A DNA stretch of 64,000 nucleotides, taken from a bacterium. GTDB lineage: Bacteria > Patescibacteriota > Minisyncoccia > Phycocordibacterales > Zambryskibacteraceae. This document shows, piece after piece, positions 36,783-45,436 of the stretch (position 1 is the first letter of the stretch; each line of letters starts with the position of its first letter). The translations under genes and the position numbers were made by a program. The notes beneath the pieces are model-generated. The model searched no databases, was not told the origin of the DNA, and saw only the letters and a list, made by a program, of their open reading frames with translations. The DNA is taken from NCBI GenBank assembly GCA_030649135.1, contig JAUSGI010000008.1, positions 32,001 through 96,000 on the forward strand, given 5' to 3'.

Positions 36783-38534
36783 TTACGGTCGTGCCGGCGG
36801 AGGGGCTTCCCTATCCGGCTGGATATCATAGTAGTTGATGAGAAACTTGGCGGTATTAACAAAGGTGTCTGTTAAGGTTTCCGAGGCGTATTGAACATTC
36901 TTGGGATAATAAGTATAGAGAAACACTAGGAATTCCGGGTCATAGGATGGGAAATAGCCGAAGAATGAGTGAAGGTAACGGTCATCATAATATCCTCCTA
37001 CCTCTGGTCTTGCGATTTGGGCGGTGCCTGTTTTGGCGGCAATATTGTAGTTCTCAAGTCGAACTTGACCATAGTGGAGAGAACGGTCCACCACTTCCGT
37101 GAGCATGCGCGATATTTCCGCCGAAGTATCGGGAGAAAGGACGCGTGCTCTCTCTTCCTCCGGGGGATAGAGAATATTTTTGGTGGGCCCAAGTTCATAT
37201 CTAATTCCCTTGACCAAGTGGGGGGTGATGAGCGTGCCACCATTGGCCAGAGCCGAGAGCGCGCGTACGGTAATGATGGGGGTGAGCGCAATACCTTGGC
37301 CGAAAGAGGCCTGCGCCAGTTCAAGGTCGCGGCCGGTTTTGAGATTGGAGACCAGGGATTTACCCTCGTTTGGCAGGTCAATGCCGGTAGTAGTTTCGAG
37401 GCCGAAGCGAAGCATGTAGTCGCTGAATTTTGCGTTACCCATACGAGAGACTACGAAGGCGGCACCGGTATTGAGAGAGTTATTAAGTACTGCCTGCATG
37501 GAAAGACCGGAGCCATGAGATTTGCCGTCATAGTTGCAGAAAGTTCTGGTATTGAGTGTCATACAGCCCGGGTCGTTATAAGTGCTTCTAGCTGTGATGG
37601 CGCCAGAGTCGATGCCAGCCGACATAGTCAGCGCTTTCAGGATTGAACCCATTTCGTACCTATCTTCTATCAATCTGTTACTAAAAATAGCCGCATAACG
37701 CTCGCTTTGTGGGGAATTTGGGTCGAAGGAGGGAGTTAATGCCATGGCGTATATTTCTCCCGTTTTGGGATTAATCACTATGCCGCCGGTAAAGTCGGAG
37801 GAATATTTCTCGGTTACTTTTTTTATCTCGCTCTCGAGATATGCTTCGACCGATGGTTCGATGGTGGTGACTATATCTCCTTCGAAACTCTCATCTTCGC
37901 TGACAGCTTTCTTTATACTGGAAAAAATCTCGGCGAAAAAATTGACGAAAACATCGTCACCGCTTCTCTTTAGTACAGACTCATAGAAACGTTCCAATCC
38001 GTAGCGCCCGGCAAGTTCGTCTCCGCTATAACCAATGAGTCCTACGGTATGGGCCGCTATGGTTTGGCCTGGATAGGTACGCCATCTTTCCTTAGCGACG
38101 GAGAGGCCGGAAATTTTAAGCGCTTGGATTTTATCCGCTTGTTCTGTCGGTAGGCGTTTCGCCAGCTCCTCGTATGGGTCATTTTTTTTACCGACTTTGG
38201 CAAAGAAGTCTTCTTTGACAACTGGCGTAATGGTGTTGACGGTTTCGTAAATATTTTCTAAGTCGGTACGCTGACTCAGCATACTCGGGTTGATATAAAG
38301 AATAAACCCGGTCTTAATACCGGCCGCCGGTACGAGCGTACCATCTTTAGCGGTGAAAAAGATTAGTCCCCGGTCAAAGTAATTTATTCCGGCAACGTAC
38401 TGATGCTCCGCTTTGGCTTCGAAATCTTCCCCCGATATTATCTGGATAAAATAAAGTTTGCTAACAAGCAGAAGAGCGCTTAACAGTACGAAAAGCGACA
38501 GGAGTCGTAATCTGTTCTGAAGCCCATGCATCAA
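36783..38534 (-). CDS. ftsI: Penicillin-binding protein 2/FtsI-type transpeptidase
   Basis: N-terminal TM. SxxK (GSILKAL), SxN (NNSLNTG) and KTG (AAKTGTAQI). Position after ftsL in the mraZ-rsmH-ftsL cluster. Confidence 0.9.
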   Translation of the reverse strand: MMHGLQNRLRLLSLFVLLSALLLVSKLYFIQIISGEDFEAKAEHQYVAGINYFDRGLIFFTAKDGTLVPAAGIKTGFILYINPSMLSQRTDLENIYETVNTITPVVKEDFFAKVGKKNDPYEELAKRLPTEQADKIQALKISGLSVAKERWRTYPGQTIAAHTVGLIGYSGDELAGRYGLERFYESVLKRSGDDVFVNFFAEIFSSIKKAVSEDESFEGDIVTTIEPSVEAYLESEIKKVTEKYSSDFTGGIVINPKTGEIYAMALTPSFDPNSPQSERYAAIFSNRLIEDRYEMGSILKALTMSAGIDSGAITARSTYNDPGCMTLNTRTFCNYDGKSHGSGLSMQAVLNNSLNTGAAFVVSRMGNAKFSDYMLRFGLETTTGIDLPNEGKSLVSNLKTGRDLELAQASFGQGIALTPIITVRALSALANGGTLITPHLVKGIRYELGPTKNILYPPEEERARVLSPDTSAEISRMLTEVVDRSLHYGQVRLENYNIAAKTGTAQIARPEVGGYYDDRYLHSFFGYFPSYDPEFLVFLYTYYPKNVQYASETLTDTFVNTAKFLINYYDIQPDREAPPPARP

Positions 38535-38536
38535 TT

Positions 38537-38860
38537 TTAGCGACTAAGTGTGTTGAACGAAAGGGATGTCACGCTCGTACGGGAAACATAAAGTGGCTTC
38601 TTAGCTTCTCGAAAGCCGTGCTGATACGCGAGCTCAAGGGAGACGTTATTCTTAAGTTCGATGTAGTCAAACTCGAGCGAACCAAGATTAGCCGAGATTT
38701 TAGCCATCTGCCTCTCCAGGTTTTGTCTGGTGGCAATATTTCTTGCGGTGGCATGTATGGCGTAGATATAGGCAAAGAGAGATAGTATCGATATAGCTAC
38801 TAAAATCCAGAAAACACGGGCTCGGTGGTCGTAGGAAATTGTTTTTGTCTTGTGTATCAT
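38537..38860 (-). CDS. ftsL: Cell division protein FtsL-like (bitopic, coiled coil)
   Basis: Single TM VFWILVAISILSLFAYIYAI then a helical region. Location between rsmH and ftsI. Confidence 0.65.
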   Translation of the reverse strand: MIHKTKTISYDHRARVFWILVAISILSLFAYIYAIHATARNIATRQNLERQMAKISANLGSLEFDYIELKNNVSLELAYQHGFREAKKPLYVSRTSVTSLSFNTLSR

Positions 38861-39717
38861 ATTTTCTCTATAACTCGTAACTTGGCACTGCGCGAACGTG
38901 GGTTGTTCATCGTCTCTTCTTCGCTTGCTGTTATCGGTTTTTTGGTTATTTGCCTGGCGGATTTTTCCTTTATTTTTTCCCGGAAGAAATTCTTGACTAT
39001 TCGGTCTTCTAAGCTATGGAAGGAGATAACCACCAATCTGCCTTGATGTCCGAGAGCTTCAAACCCTTTCTCCAGTCCGACCTCTAGACTGGAAAGCTCT
39101 TCGTTCGTCGCGATTCGGAGAGCTTGGAAAGTCTTGGTGGCGGGGTGAATTTTGTCCCGAAAGCTTCTGTGTTTTACCGTCTCCACCACCCTAACAAGGT
39201 CGAATGTGGTTTGAAACGGTTTGACCTTTCTTTGTTCCACAATGGCTCTTGCAATTTTTCCGGATAACCTCTCTTCTCCGAAGCCGCGCAGGATGAGTTC
39301 AATGGCGTGCTCATCCCAGGAGTTTAAAATGTCGGCGGCTCGGATGCCTGTGTTAGACATTCTCATGTCCAGAGGTTCGTCTCTAAGAAAAGAGAATCCT
39401 CTGCCGGAGCGCTCGAGCTGGTCGGTGGAAATACCGAGGTCAAAGAGGATGGCGTCAACCTTTTGGGTTACGACTTTGTCCAAGTCTCTGAAGTTTGCTC
39501 GGGTTACATCTACCTTCGGGTCTTGGTCGATGGCGATTACCTTTACTGTCGGGAATCGCCTTCTCACTTCCTTGCTATGTCCCCCGCCGCCATAAGTGGC
39601 GTCGAGGAATATTTCCCCAGACTTGAGGTCGAGAGCATTAATGCTTTCGTGTAAAAGAACAGGTTTATGCATATTCTGACTCGAGTCGTTTTCTATAGGC
39701 CGACCAGCTTGAGGCAT
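38857..39717 (-). CDS. rsmH: 16S rRNA (cytosine1402-N4)-methyltransferase
   Basis: HKPVLLHESINAL...FLDATYGGGGHS. SAM-MTase fold. Confidence 0.9.
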   Translation of the reverse strand: MPQAGRPIENDSSQNMHKPVLLHESINALDLKSGEIFLDATYGGGGHSKEVRRRFPTVKVIAIDQDPKVDVTRANFRDLDKVVTQKVDAILFDLGISTDQLERSGRGFSFLRDEPLDMRMSNTGIRAADILNSWDEHAIELILRGFGEERLSGKIARAIVEQRKVKPFQTTFDLVRVVETVKHRSFRDKIHPATKTFQALRIATNEELSSLEVGLEKGFEALGHQGRLVVISFHSLEDRIVKNFFREKIKEKSARQITKKPITASEEETMNNPRSRSAKLRVIEKI

Positions 39718-40060
39718 TCCAGATTTCCACCCTGTCGTGAACGCCGGTAATAACGACTGGGTTTTTCAGGTCCGCAAACTCCCGCAAAAATTCGGGGACC
39801 AGAATTCTGCCTATAGAATCGATCTCAACTTCAGATGCACCGGAGAAAGTGAATCGTGCATAGCGATGGTCACTTTCTACATGCCCAAGTTTCCCCACCT
39901 CTTCGGAGATTTGAACCCAGGTTTTGTGGGGGTAGAGAAAAAGACAATGATCTTTGCCTCGAGTAACAACGACTTTGCTACCGAGAGCTTTTCGGAATTT
40001 GGCAGGCAAAGAGAAGCGATTCTTCTCGTCAACTGTATGTGTGTACTCGCCGATAAACAT
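39665..40060 (-). CDS. mraZ: Transcriptional regulator MraZ
   Basis: MFIGEYTHTVDEKNRFSLPAKFR; two MraZ repeats. Confidence 0.9.
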   Translation of the reverse strand: MFIGEYTHTVDEKNRFSLPAKFRKALGSKVVVTRGKDHCLFLYPHKTWVQISEEVGKLGHVESDHRYARFTFSGASEVEIDSIGRILVPEFLREFADLKNPVVITGVHDRVEIWNASSWSAYRKRLESEYA

Positions 40061-40069
40061 TGTTTTTTC

Positions 40070-40125
40070 ATATTACCACTATTTCCCACTAACAAACATT
40101 CTATACCACCACATTCCACAACACT
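40070..40125 (-). promoter_or_regulatory. Candidate MraZ operator: direct GTGG(G) repeats at ~10-bp spacing upstream of mraZ
   Basis: Minus strand reads ...GTGGAATGTGGTGGTATAGAATGTTTGTTAGTGGGAAATAGTGGTAATATG...ATG. GTGGG-type repeats are the known MraZ box. Confidence 0.4.
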
Positions 40126-40174
40126 ACTAAAGTTATCCCCTTTTTATCCCCTCCTTATCCCCAATACTAAAAAT

Positions 40175-40195
40175 GTCAAACACCAGGTGTTTGAC
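40175..40195. promoter_or_regulatory. Perfect 21-bp palindrome GTCAAACACCAGGTGTTTGAC upstream of mraZ
   Basis: 10-bp arms are exact reverse complements. Could be an operator or a hairpin terminator of the upstream (minus-strand) gene. Confidence 0.45.
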
Positions 40196-40282
40196 ACAAT
40201 ATAATTCTGAAATAGAGAAAGCCTCACACAGAGAAGCCATGCTTGGCTTTTTCTATGCGAGGCCTACCGCTCGTGGTGGTCG

Positions 40283-40513
40283 TTAGAGCGACCAGTCCAT
40301 GCCTGGCATCCTCTGGTCCCGATCGTCCTCCGTGACCGCCTGAGCATTGGCAGGGACGAGATCCCATTCCCTCGGGACATCGTCGCCGATGCCGAGACCA
40401 GGGCAGTCGGGTTTCGTCACGAAGATGTAGGTTTCTCCTACCTTCCTGGCAAGTCCTCCCCCCTGCGTTCCGTAAATACCGAAGTTGTAGGTACAACCTT
40501 TCTTGGTATTCAT
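40283..40513 (-). CDS. Small hypothetical protein (76 aa), GC-rich insert
   Basis: SD GGGAGA 4-5 nt upstream of the ATG. GC far above the flanks. No recognised domain. Confidence 0.4.
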   Translation of the reverse strand: MNTKKGCTYNFGIYGTQGGGLARKVGETYIFVTKPDCPGLGIGDDVPREWDLVPANAQAVTEDDRDQRMPGMDWSL

Positions 40514-40574
40514 TGGTCTCCCTTCTTCCGAAGTTATCTACCGCTATCTTATCATACTACTACTTATATGTCAA

Positions 40575-40620
40575 GGATAGCTTTTTTAGCGTTGGATTGG
40601 ATAAAGGATTTACGGTAGTA
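40575..40620 (-). pseudogene. Duplicated fragment of gyrB 3' end (encodes ...RKSFIQSNAKKAILDI*)
   Basis: The minus-strand translation matches the last 16 aa of gyrB (RKSFIQSNAKKAVLDV*) at 41604-41651. About 85% nt identity over ~45 nt; not part of any longer ORF. Confidence 0.5.
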
Positions 40621-40727
40621 ATAATTCTTGGTTTACTTTATTCATTAGTAGGTCTTGAGTGACTCGTTACTTTTGTGTTGGCAGTCATATTAGCTAAACA
40701 GATAGAGATACTTAACAAGTTGGACAG

Positions 40728-40916
40728 ATGATTAGTCATGTTCTACAAAATATCATTCTATTTTTTAGTTTAGTTGGTATATGGCACCTTATACTTTTAA
40801 TTCTTAGCAACACACAAAACAAAGAAACATTTAAAGTTGACGTTAAACCAGAATTAGCAGGAATTTTATTATTGTTGTTTGTGATTGTGCTTCTATCTTT
40901 ATCTGGAGAGTTATAG
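40728..40916 (+). CDS. Small two-TM membrane protein, hypothetical
   Basis: 62 aa with two hydrophobic helices; low GC. Confidence 0.3.
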   Translation: MISHVLQNIILFFSLVGIWHLILLILSNTQNKETFKVDVKPELAGILLLLFVIVLLSLSGEL

Positions 40917-41047
40917 TGATTAGGTTATCCACACCTATCCCCTAAAAATTGGCTATTTGCTCTCCATATTACTTTCATAGTATAGTATGGGTGTGTCTGC
41001 GGGACGTCAGTCCTATCTAGCCAAATATTGCGCTGGAGACAGGCACA

Positions 41048-41422
41048 CTAAAGGATGTCGCTTATGGCGGCATTTTTTAGTGTCTCATCGTCATCGGAAG
41101 ATCGTAGCCCTTTTCCAGTAGATGTTTGTATCATTTTTATATCCCTATATTGTTTAGTGAACCATGCTGGTACAACACTTAGGAATTCAATAGCACCGTT
41201 ACCTTCTTGTGTTACTACGACTTTTACACGGAATTTCTGCACTATGGCTACAAAACCCCAACAACGGATAACGACATTCATTGGCACCCAAAGTCCTCTC
41301 CGATTTACTTTCTTGTAAACGATTTCCTCATCGTATTCTTGAAATGTAGTAGACGTCTCAAGTATGAATTTCGCCTTCTCAAGCATGTCAAAACGAAGTA
41401 TTTGCGCTCTTTTATCTCTCAT
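41048..41422 (-). CDS. Hypothetical protein (124 aa) within insert between gyrB copies
   Basis: Open frame; no recognised domain. Confidence 0.35.
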   Translation of the reverse strand: MRDKRAQILRFDMLEKAKFILETSTTFQEYDEEIVYKKVNRRGLWVPMNVVIRCWGFVAIVQKFRVKVVVTQEGNGAIEFLSVVPAWFTKQYRDIKMIQTSTGKGLRSSDDDETLKNAAISDIL

Positions 41423-41603
41423 TTTCTTTGGCGCTCCATAAACAAGGTGGTTAAACCCCTCTGATGTAAAACGAATTTCCTGACCAAGTGCAGGACAGTT
41501 TACAGAAATAAATGTTTTTTAAAGTGCTGCGGCTTCCCGTTTTATCTGTTCATAGTCTGCAACACGCTCTTCTATTGATTTTTTGTCTGTCATTTTATAA
41601 AAA

Positions 41604-43559
41604 TCACACGTCTAAAACGGCTTTTTTAGCGTTTGATTGGATGAAAGATTTGCGGGAAGGGACGTCGGTGCCCATGAGAATGTCGAAAATACGGTCCGCT
41701 TCTCTCGCATCCACAACAGTTACTTGTTTAAGAATTCTCGCTTTTGGATCCATGGTTGTTTCCCAAAGTTCTTCCGAGTTCATTTCCCCGAGACCTTTAT
41801 AACGTTGGATGTCGGCGCCTTCGATAGTCTTCTCGTTTTTTTCTTCGTCGGAATAGACATAAATAATTTCTTTCCCTTTTTTGATTTTATAGAGCGGCGG
41901 TTGAGCGATGTAGACATAGCCGGCATCGATGAGCGGTCTGAAAAATCTATAAAGTAATGTCAAGAGTAGAGTACGGATATGCGCGCCATCAACATCGGCA
42001 TCGGTGGCAATAATAATTTTGTGATAACGGAGTTTAGTGATATCAAAAGTATCCCCTATTGCCGTGCCGAAGGCGATGACTAGGTTTTTAATCTGTTCGC
42101 TCGCGAGCATCTTATCTAGACGCGCGCGCTCAATATTGAGAATCTTACCGCGCAAAGGGAGTATGGCTTGGATGCGTCTGTCTCTTCCCATCTTGGCGGT
42201 ACCGCCAGCCGAATCTCCCTCAACGATAAAGAGCTCTGCTTCTTCTGGGGTAGTGCCAGACTGGCAATCAGAGAGTTTGCCAGGCAGAGTCATGCCCTCA
42301 AGCGCTCCTTTGCGCAGGACTGAGTCCTTGGCCGCCTTGGCGGCTTTGCGCGCCTTGAGCGCGAGTACCACCTTCTGAATCATACTTCTGGCATCATCGG
42401 GATTTTCCTCAAGATAGGCAGAGAATGCGTCACCGAAGACGGTATTAACCATGCTCTGGGCCTCCACGCTACCGAGTTTTGATTTGGTCTGTCCCTCAAA
42501 TTGAATCTCACGCAATTTAATCGAAATGACAGCAGTCAGACCCTCGAGCGCGTCATCTCCGGTGAAGTTATCCTCCTTTTCACTCACCATATTATTCTTG
42601 CGGGCGTATGAATTTAGACTTCTGGTCAGGGCAGTCTTGAAACCGGTAACGTGAGTACCGCCTTCAGTAGTGTAAATATTATTGGCGAAAGGCAGGATGC
42701 GGGAAGAGATATCATCGACATATTGCAGGGCCACCTCCACTGTCTCGTAGTCGTTACCGTTCGCCTTCTTCTCAACATAGAAAATATTTTTATGTATCGG
42801 TTTGTTTCGCTCATTTTCGAATCGTACGAGAGATACCAGTCCCCCTTCGAAATAAAAAGACATGGAAGGTGTTTCCAGTCCCAACTCTCGTAGATAAAAG
42901 ACTTCGCTATCGGCAACTTTTGCTATCCCTCGGGCATCCAGGACCGATATGCGGAGACCCTTGACGAGATATGCCTGCTGGCGCAAATGATCGGCAATCC
43001 GTTCGAAGTTGAAGTTGGTATCCGGGAAAATAGCGGGGTCCGGTTGAAAGGTAATGACGGTACCATGGAGTTTTGAGGCGCCAATTTTCTTGACTGCACT
43101 TTTTCTTTTGCCCTGGCTGTACTCTTGAGCATAAACTCCCCCATCTCGGTGCACTTCGGCCCGGCAATAAATAGAGAGAGCATTGACTACCGAGCCACCG
43201 ACGCCGTGTAGTCCTCCGGAGATTTTGTATCCCTCTCCGCCGAACTTGCCGCCGGCATGCAGGGTAGTCATGATGGTCTCGAGTGCCGAGACTTTGGTTT
43301 GTTTGTGCGTATCAACCGGAATACCCCGGCCGTTATCAACCACGCGGACACGATTGTTGGGCAAGAGCACAACCTCTATATCGTCGGCAAATCCCCCCAT
43401 GGCCTCATCCCGAGAGTTGTCGAAAATCTCCGTCACAAGGTGGTGGAGGCCGTCGGGACCGGTGGTACCGATATACATGCCTGGACGTTTGCGCACCGGC
43501 TCGAGACCCTCTAAGACCGTAATTGATTCAGCGCTGTAATTGCTCTCTTTTTTCGGCAT
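41604..43559 (-). CDS. gyrB: DNA gyrase subunit B
   Basis: GHKL ATPase LHAGGKFGGEGYKISGGLHGVG. Toprim EGDSAGG. C-terminal tail. Confidence 0.9.
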   Translation of the reverse strand: MPKKESNYSAESITVLEGLEPVRKRPGMYIGTTGPDGLHHLVTEIFDNSRDEAMGGFADDIEVVLLPNNRVRVVDNGRGIPVDTHKQTKVSALETIMTTLHAGGKFGGEGYKISGGLHGVGGSVVNALSIYCRAEVHRDGGVYAQEYSQGKRKSAVKKIGASKLHGTVITFQPDPAIFPDTNFNFERIADHLRQQAYLVKGLRISVLDARGIAKVADSEVFYLRELGLETPSMSFYFEGGLVSLVRFENERNKPIHKNIFYVEKKANGNDYETVEVALQYVDDISSRILPFANNIYTTEGGTHVTGFKTALTRSLNSYARKNNMVSEKEDNFTGDDALEGLTAVISIKLREIQFEGQTKSKLGSVEAQSMVNTVFGDAFSAYLEENPDDARSMIQKVVLALKARKAAKAAKDSVLRKGALEGMTLPGKLSDCQSGTTPEEAELFIVEGDSAGGTAKMGRDRRIQAILPLRGKILNIERARLDKMLASEQIKNLVIAFGTAIGDTFDITKLRYHKIIIATDADVDGAHIRTLLLTLLYRFFRPLIDAGYVYIAQPPLYKIKKGKEIIYVYSDEEKNEKTIEGADIQRYKGLGEMNSEELWETTMDPKARILKQVTVVDAREADRIFDILMGTDVPSRKSFIQSNAKKAVLDV

Positions 43560-43642
43560 TTAAGTTTCCCCTATTCTAGCATAAATAGAGCTAGAAAGAA
43601 AGAGAAAATGTGTCAAAAACCCATATATAGGTTATAATTTAA

Positions 43643-44125
43643 GTGATGGTTATTTCAGAAGACAAGATTAGACGAGCAATAGAAGAAAAAGAGATAAGTA
43701 TACAGCCATTCAATGGGTCTTTACTTAAAGATGTTAGTTACACTTTCACTCTAAGTAACAAGTTTTGTCTGCCAAAAGTTACTACCGAATTCATTGACGC
43801 AAGAGATTCTATAGAGTTTGAAGAAAAAGTGATGCCTGATGAAGGATACTTACTTAGGCCTGGAGAATTTATTGTCTGTTATACCAAAGAAAAAGTCACT
43901 TTAAATAACAAATTCGTTTGTTTAATAAGTACAAGAGCATCGTTAGCTCAAATGGGATTAAATGTTACTCAAGGTTCCTTCCTGACAGGATCTGATACGG
44001 ATAACATCTTTGCGCTAGAGACAAGTAATAATGGAAACCTGCCCATTAAATTATTCCCTGGAATGAAGATAGCGAAAGGGGTTTTCCTAAGAGTAGACTC
44101 GGATTCTAGTTCTAACATTGGGTGA
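43643..44125 (+). CDS. dcd: dCTP deaminase-like (dUTPase superfamily)
   Basis: VSYTFTLSNKF; LRPGEFIV; ISTRASLAQMGLNV; LFPGMKIAKGVFL. These align to the dCTP deaminase blocks. Confidence 0.65.
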   Translation: MMVISEDKIRRAIEEKEISIQPFNGSLLKDVSYTFTLSNKFCLPKVTTEFIDARDSIEFEEKVMPDEGYLLRPGEFIVCYTKEKVTLNNKFVCLISTRASLAQMGLNVTQGSFLTGSDTDNIFALETSNNGNLPIKLFPGMKIAKGVFLRVDSDSSSNIG

Positions 44126-44257
44126 TGTTTTGTATATACAATAAAATTATATTATGCTATAATCACAAGTGGATTATACGCCTGTTTTAAGGCCAGCCAT
44201 GCACTCTCCAGGCATTTCGGGACTTGAGCCCGTTCAGCCTAGAAAGGAGGGATGTGC

Positions 44258-44434
44258 ATGCTAAATGTGATTTCGCTGGATCAACCCGTCCGGTTCGTGG
44301 ATAGGTCGGGCCAGCCCTGCGAGGGGAAACCTCTATTTCTCTCGCGGGACACGTATGGTAACTGGGGTCTCTCTGTTCAATACAGTGAAACAGGGATTTC
44401 CTGGGTTGCTTTCGACCAAATCAAGCAGTAGTAC
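44258..44434 (+). CDS. Small hypothetical protein (58 aa) in GC-rich islet
   Basis: SD AAAGGAGGG immediately before ATGTGCATG. MLNVISLDQPVRFVDRSGQPCEGKPLFLSRDTYGNWGLSVQYSETGISWVAFDQIKQ. Below the track cutoff. Confidence 0.35.
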
Positions 44435-44910
44435 TGCTGGTCAAAAGCAATTGCCCGTCTAGAACAGACGTGAGCGGAAATCCACATGAAGTCCCTAAAT
44501 GGCAAGGGTATAAGTGTGGGCGAGACCGCAGACTCGGCATCCCTCTTGCCGTCTTCCAATGAGGCACGCATCTACTGTGGGCTGAGGAAGAGAAAAGAGA
44601 CAAGGCGATTGGTTCCCAATCGTCTTCCGTCCAAAGTTTGTTTATGAAAATAGATTTTGGACGGAGGAGGTATCCCAATATATCCATGACCTAACTAGGC
44701 CATTATTTTAGAGCGTATTTAATACCATCAATCATGATTGACTTATCTATTTACATATGCTATCATTAACAGCAGATTAGATCGCAAGGCTTCCGTTCCC
44801 CGCCAGTTAAAGGGGATTACAAACCGGCATCGACTCACAAGATGAGTCATGCCAATGAAGTTCCTTCAAGAGTCTCAGTCACACAAGTGACTAGACGCGG
44901 GAGAAGTAAA

Positions 44911-45258
44911 ATGTGGTATCAGTACGGATGGGGAGAAGAGAAGGACATGCAGCGCTCAGCAGAGCGTTGGATGTGCAAGGGGTTTCAAGTTCGGGCCAAC
45001 CTCCAGCAGGGGACGGCTTGGGCCCTCGTGTCGGATTTCACCTTCCCTGGTGCGATCCCACATGAGACTTGCCCGGATTGTAGGGGAACCGGCTGGTGCT
45101 CGCACCATATCCCGGACTGCCCTGGCGAGCAGGTCTGCGACGGGAAGTGCTACACGTGCGTCGAGAGCGGGACGATCTGCCTCCAGCCCACCTGGGCGGA
45201 GGGTCGGGTCGTAACGCTCGAGGAAGCGGTGGCCTACCTGAAGCAGGGCCATCACTAA
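44911..45258 (+). CDS. Cys-rich protein with DnaJ-type CxxCxGxG zinc-finger-like motifs, GC-rich
   Basis: CPDCRGTGWCSHHIPDCPGEQVCDGKCYTCVESGTIC. Strong terminator downstream. The start is probably MWYQYGWG, after a GGAGAAG SD. Confidence 0.45.
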   Translation: MWYQYGWGEEKDMQRSAERWMCKGFQVRANLQQGTAWALVSDFTFPGAIPHETCPDCRGTGWCSHHIPDCPGEQVCDGKCYTCVESGTICLQPTWAEGRVVTLEEAVAYLKQGHH

Positions 45259-45275
45259 GATCACAACGTGTCACC

Positions 45276-45318
45276 AAGGCCCTGCGCGACTAGCAATCGC
45301 GCAGGGCCACTTCTTTTT
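45276..45318 (+). terminator. Rho-independent terminator
   Basis: ggccctgcgcgactagcaatcgcgcagggcc then acttcttttt. Confidence 0.6.
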
Positions 45319-45436
45319 ACACTCCTTCTTCTATTCTCGTTCTTACATTTATAATACGCTGTAGCGTAAATTAAGTGTATACGTTATAAAGTGTCTATAG
45401 GTAGAAGATAACGTGTGTATATATCTTCTTAAAAAC

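Noticed and set aside
36197-37646. Long opposite-strand ORFs (147 aa, 225 aa, 127 aa) inside ftsI
   Set aside because: They are antisense to a clearly conserved PBP transpeptidase. They are shadow ORFs with no RBS or domain content.
40191-40205. TTGACA...TATAAT promoter on the + strand at ttgacacaatataat
   Set aside because: The hexamers are only 3 nt apart, so it is not a functional sigma-70 spacing. The TTGACA is half of the palindrome described above.
41512-41957. + strand ORFs (96 aa, 106 aa) overlapping the gyrB 3' region
   Set aside because: They are antisense to conserved gyrB coding sequence, so shadow ORFs.
44126-44840. Possible RNase P RNA, tmRNA or SRP RNA in the structured noncoding stretch
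   Set aside because: I could not find the hallmark conserved blocks by eye: the RNase P GGAAAGTCCGGGCTCC-type P4 block, the tmRNA tag ORF with a tRNA-like 3' end, or the SRP GGAAGGAAGCAGCC-type block. It is left as an unassigned structured region pending a covariance-model scan.
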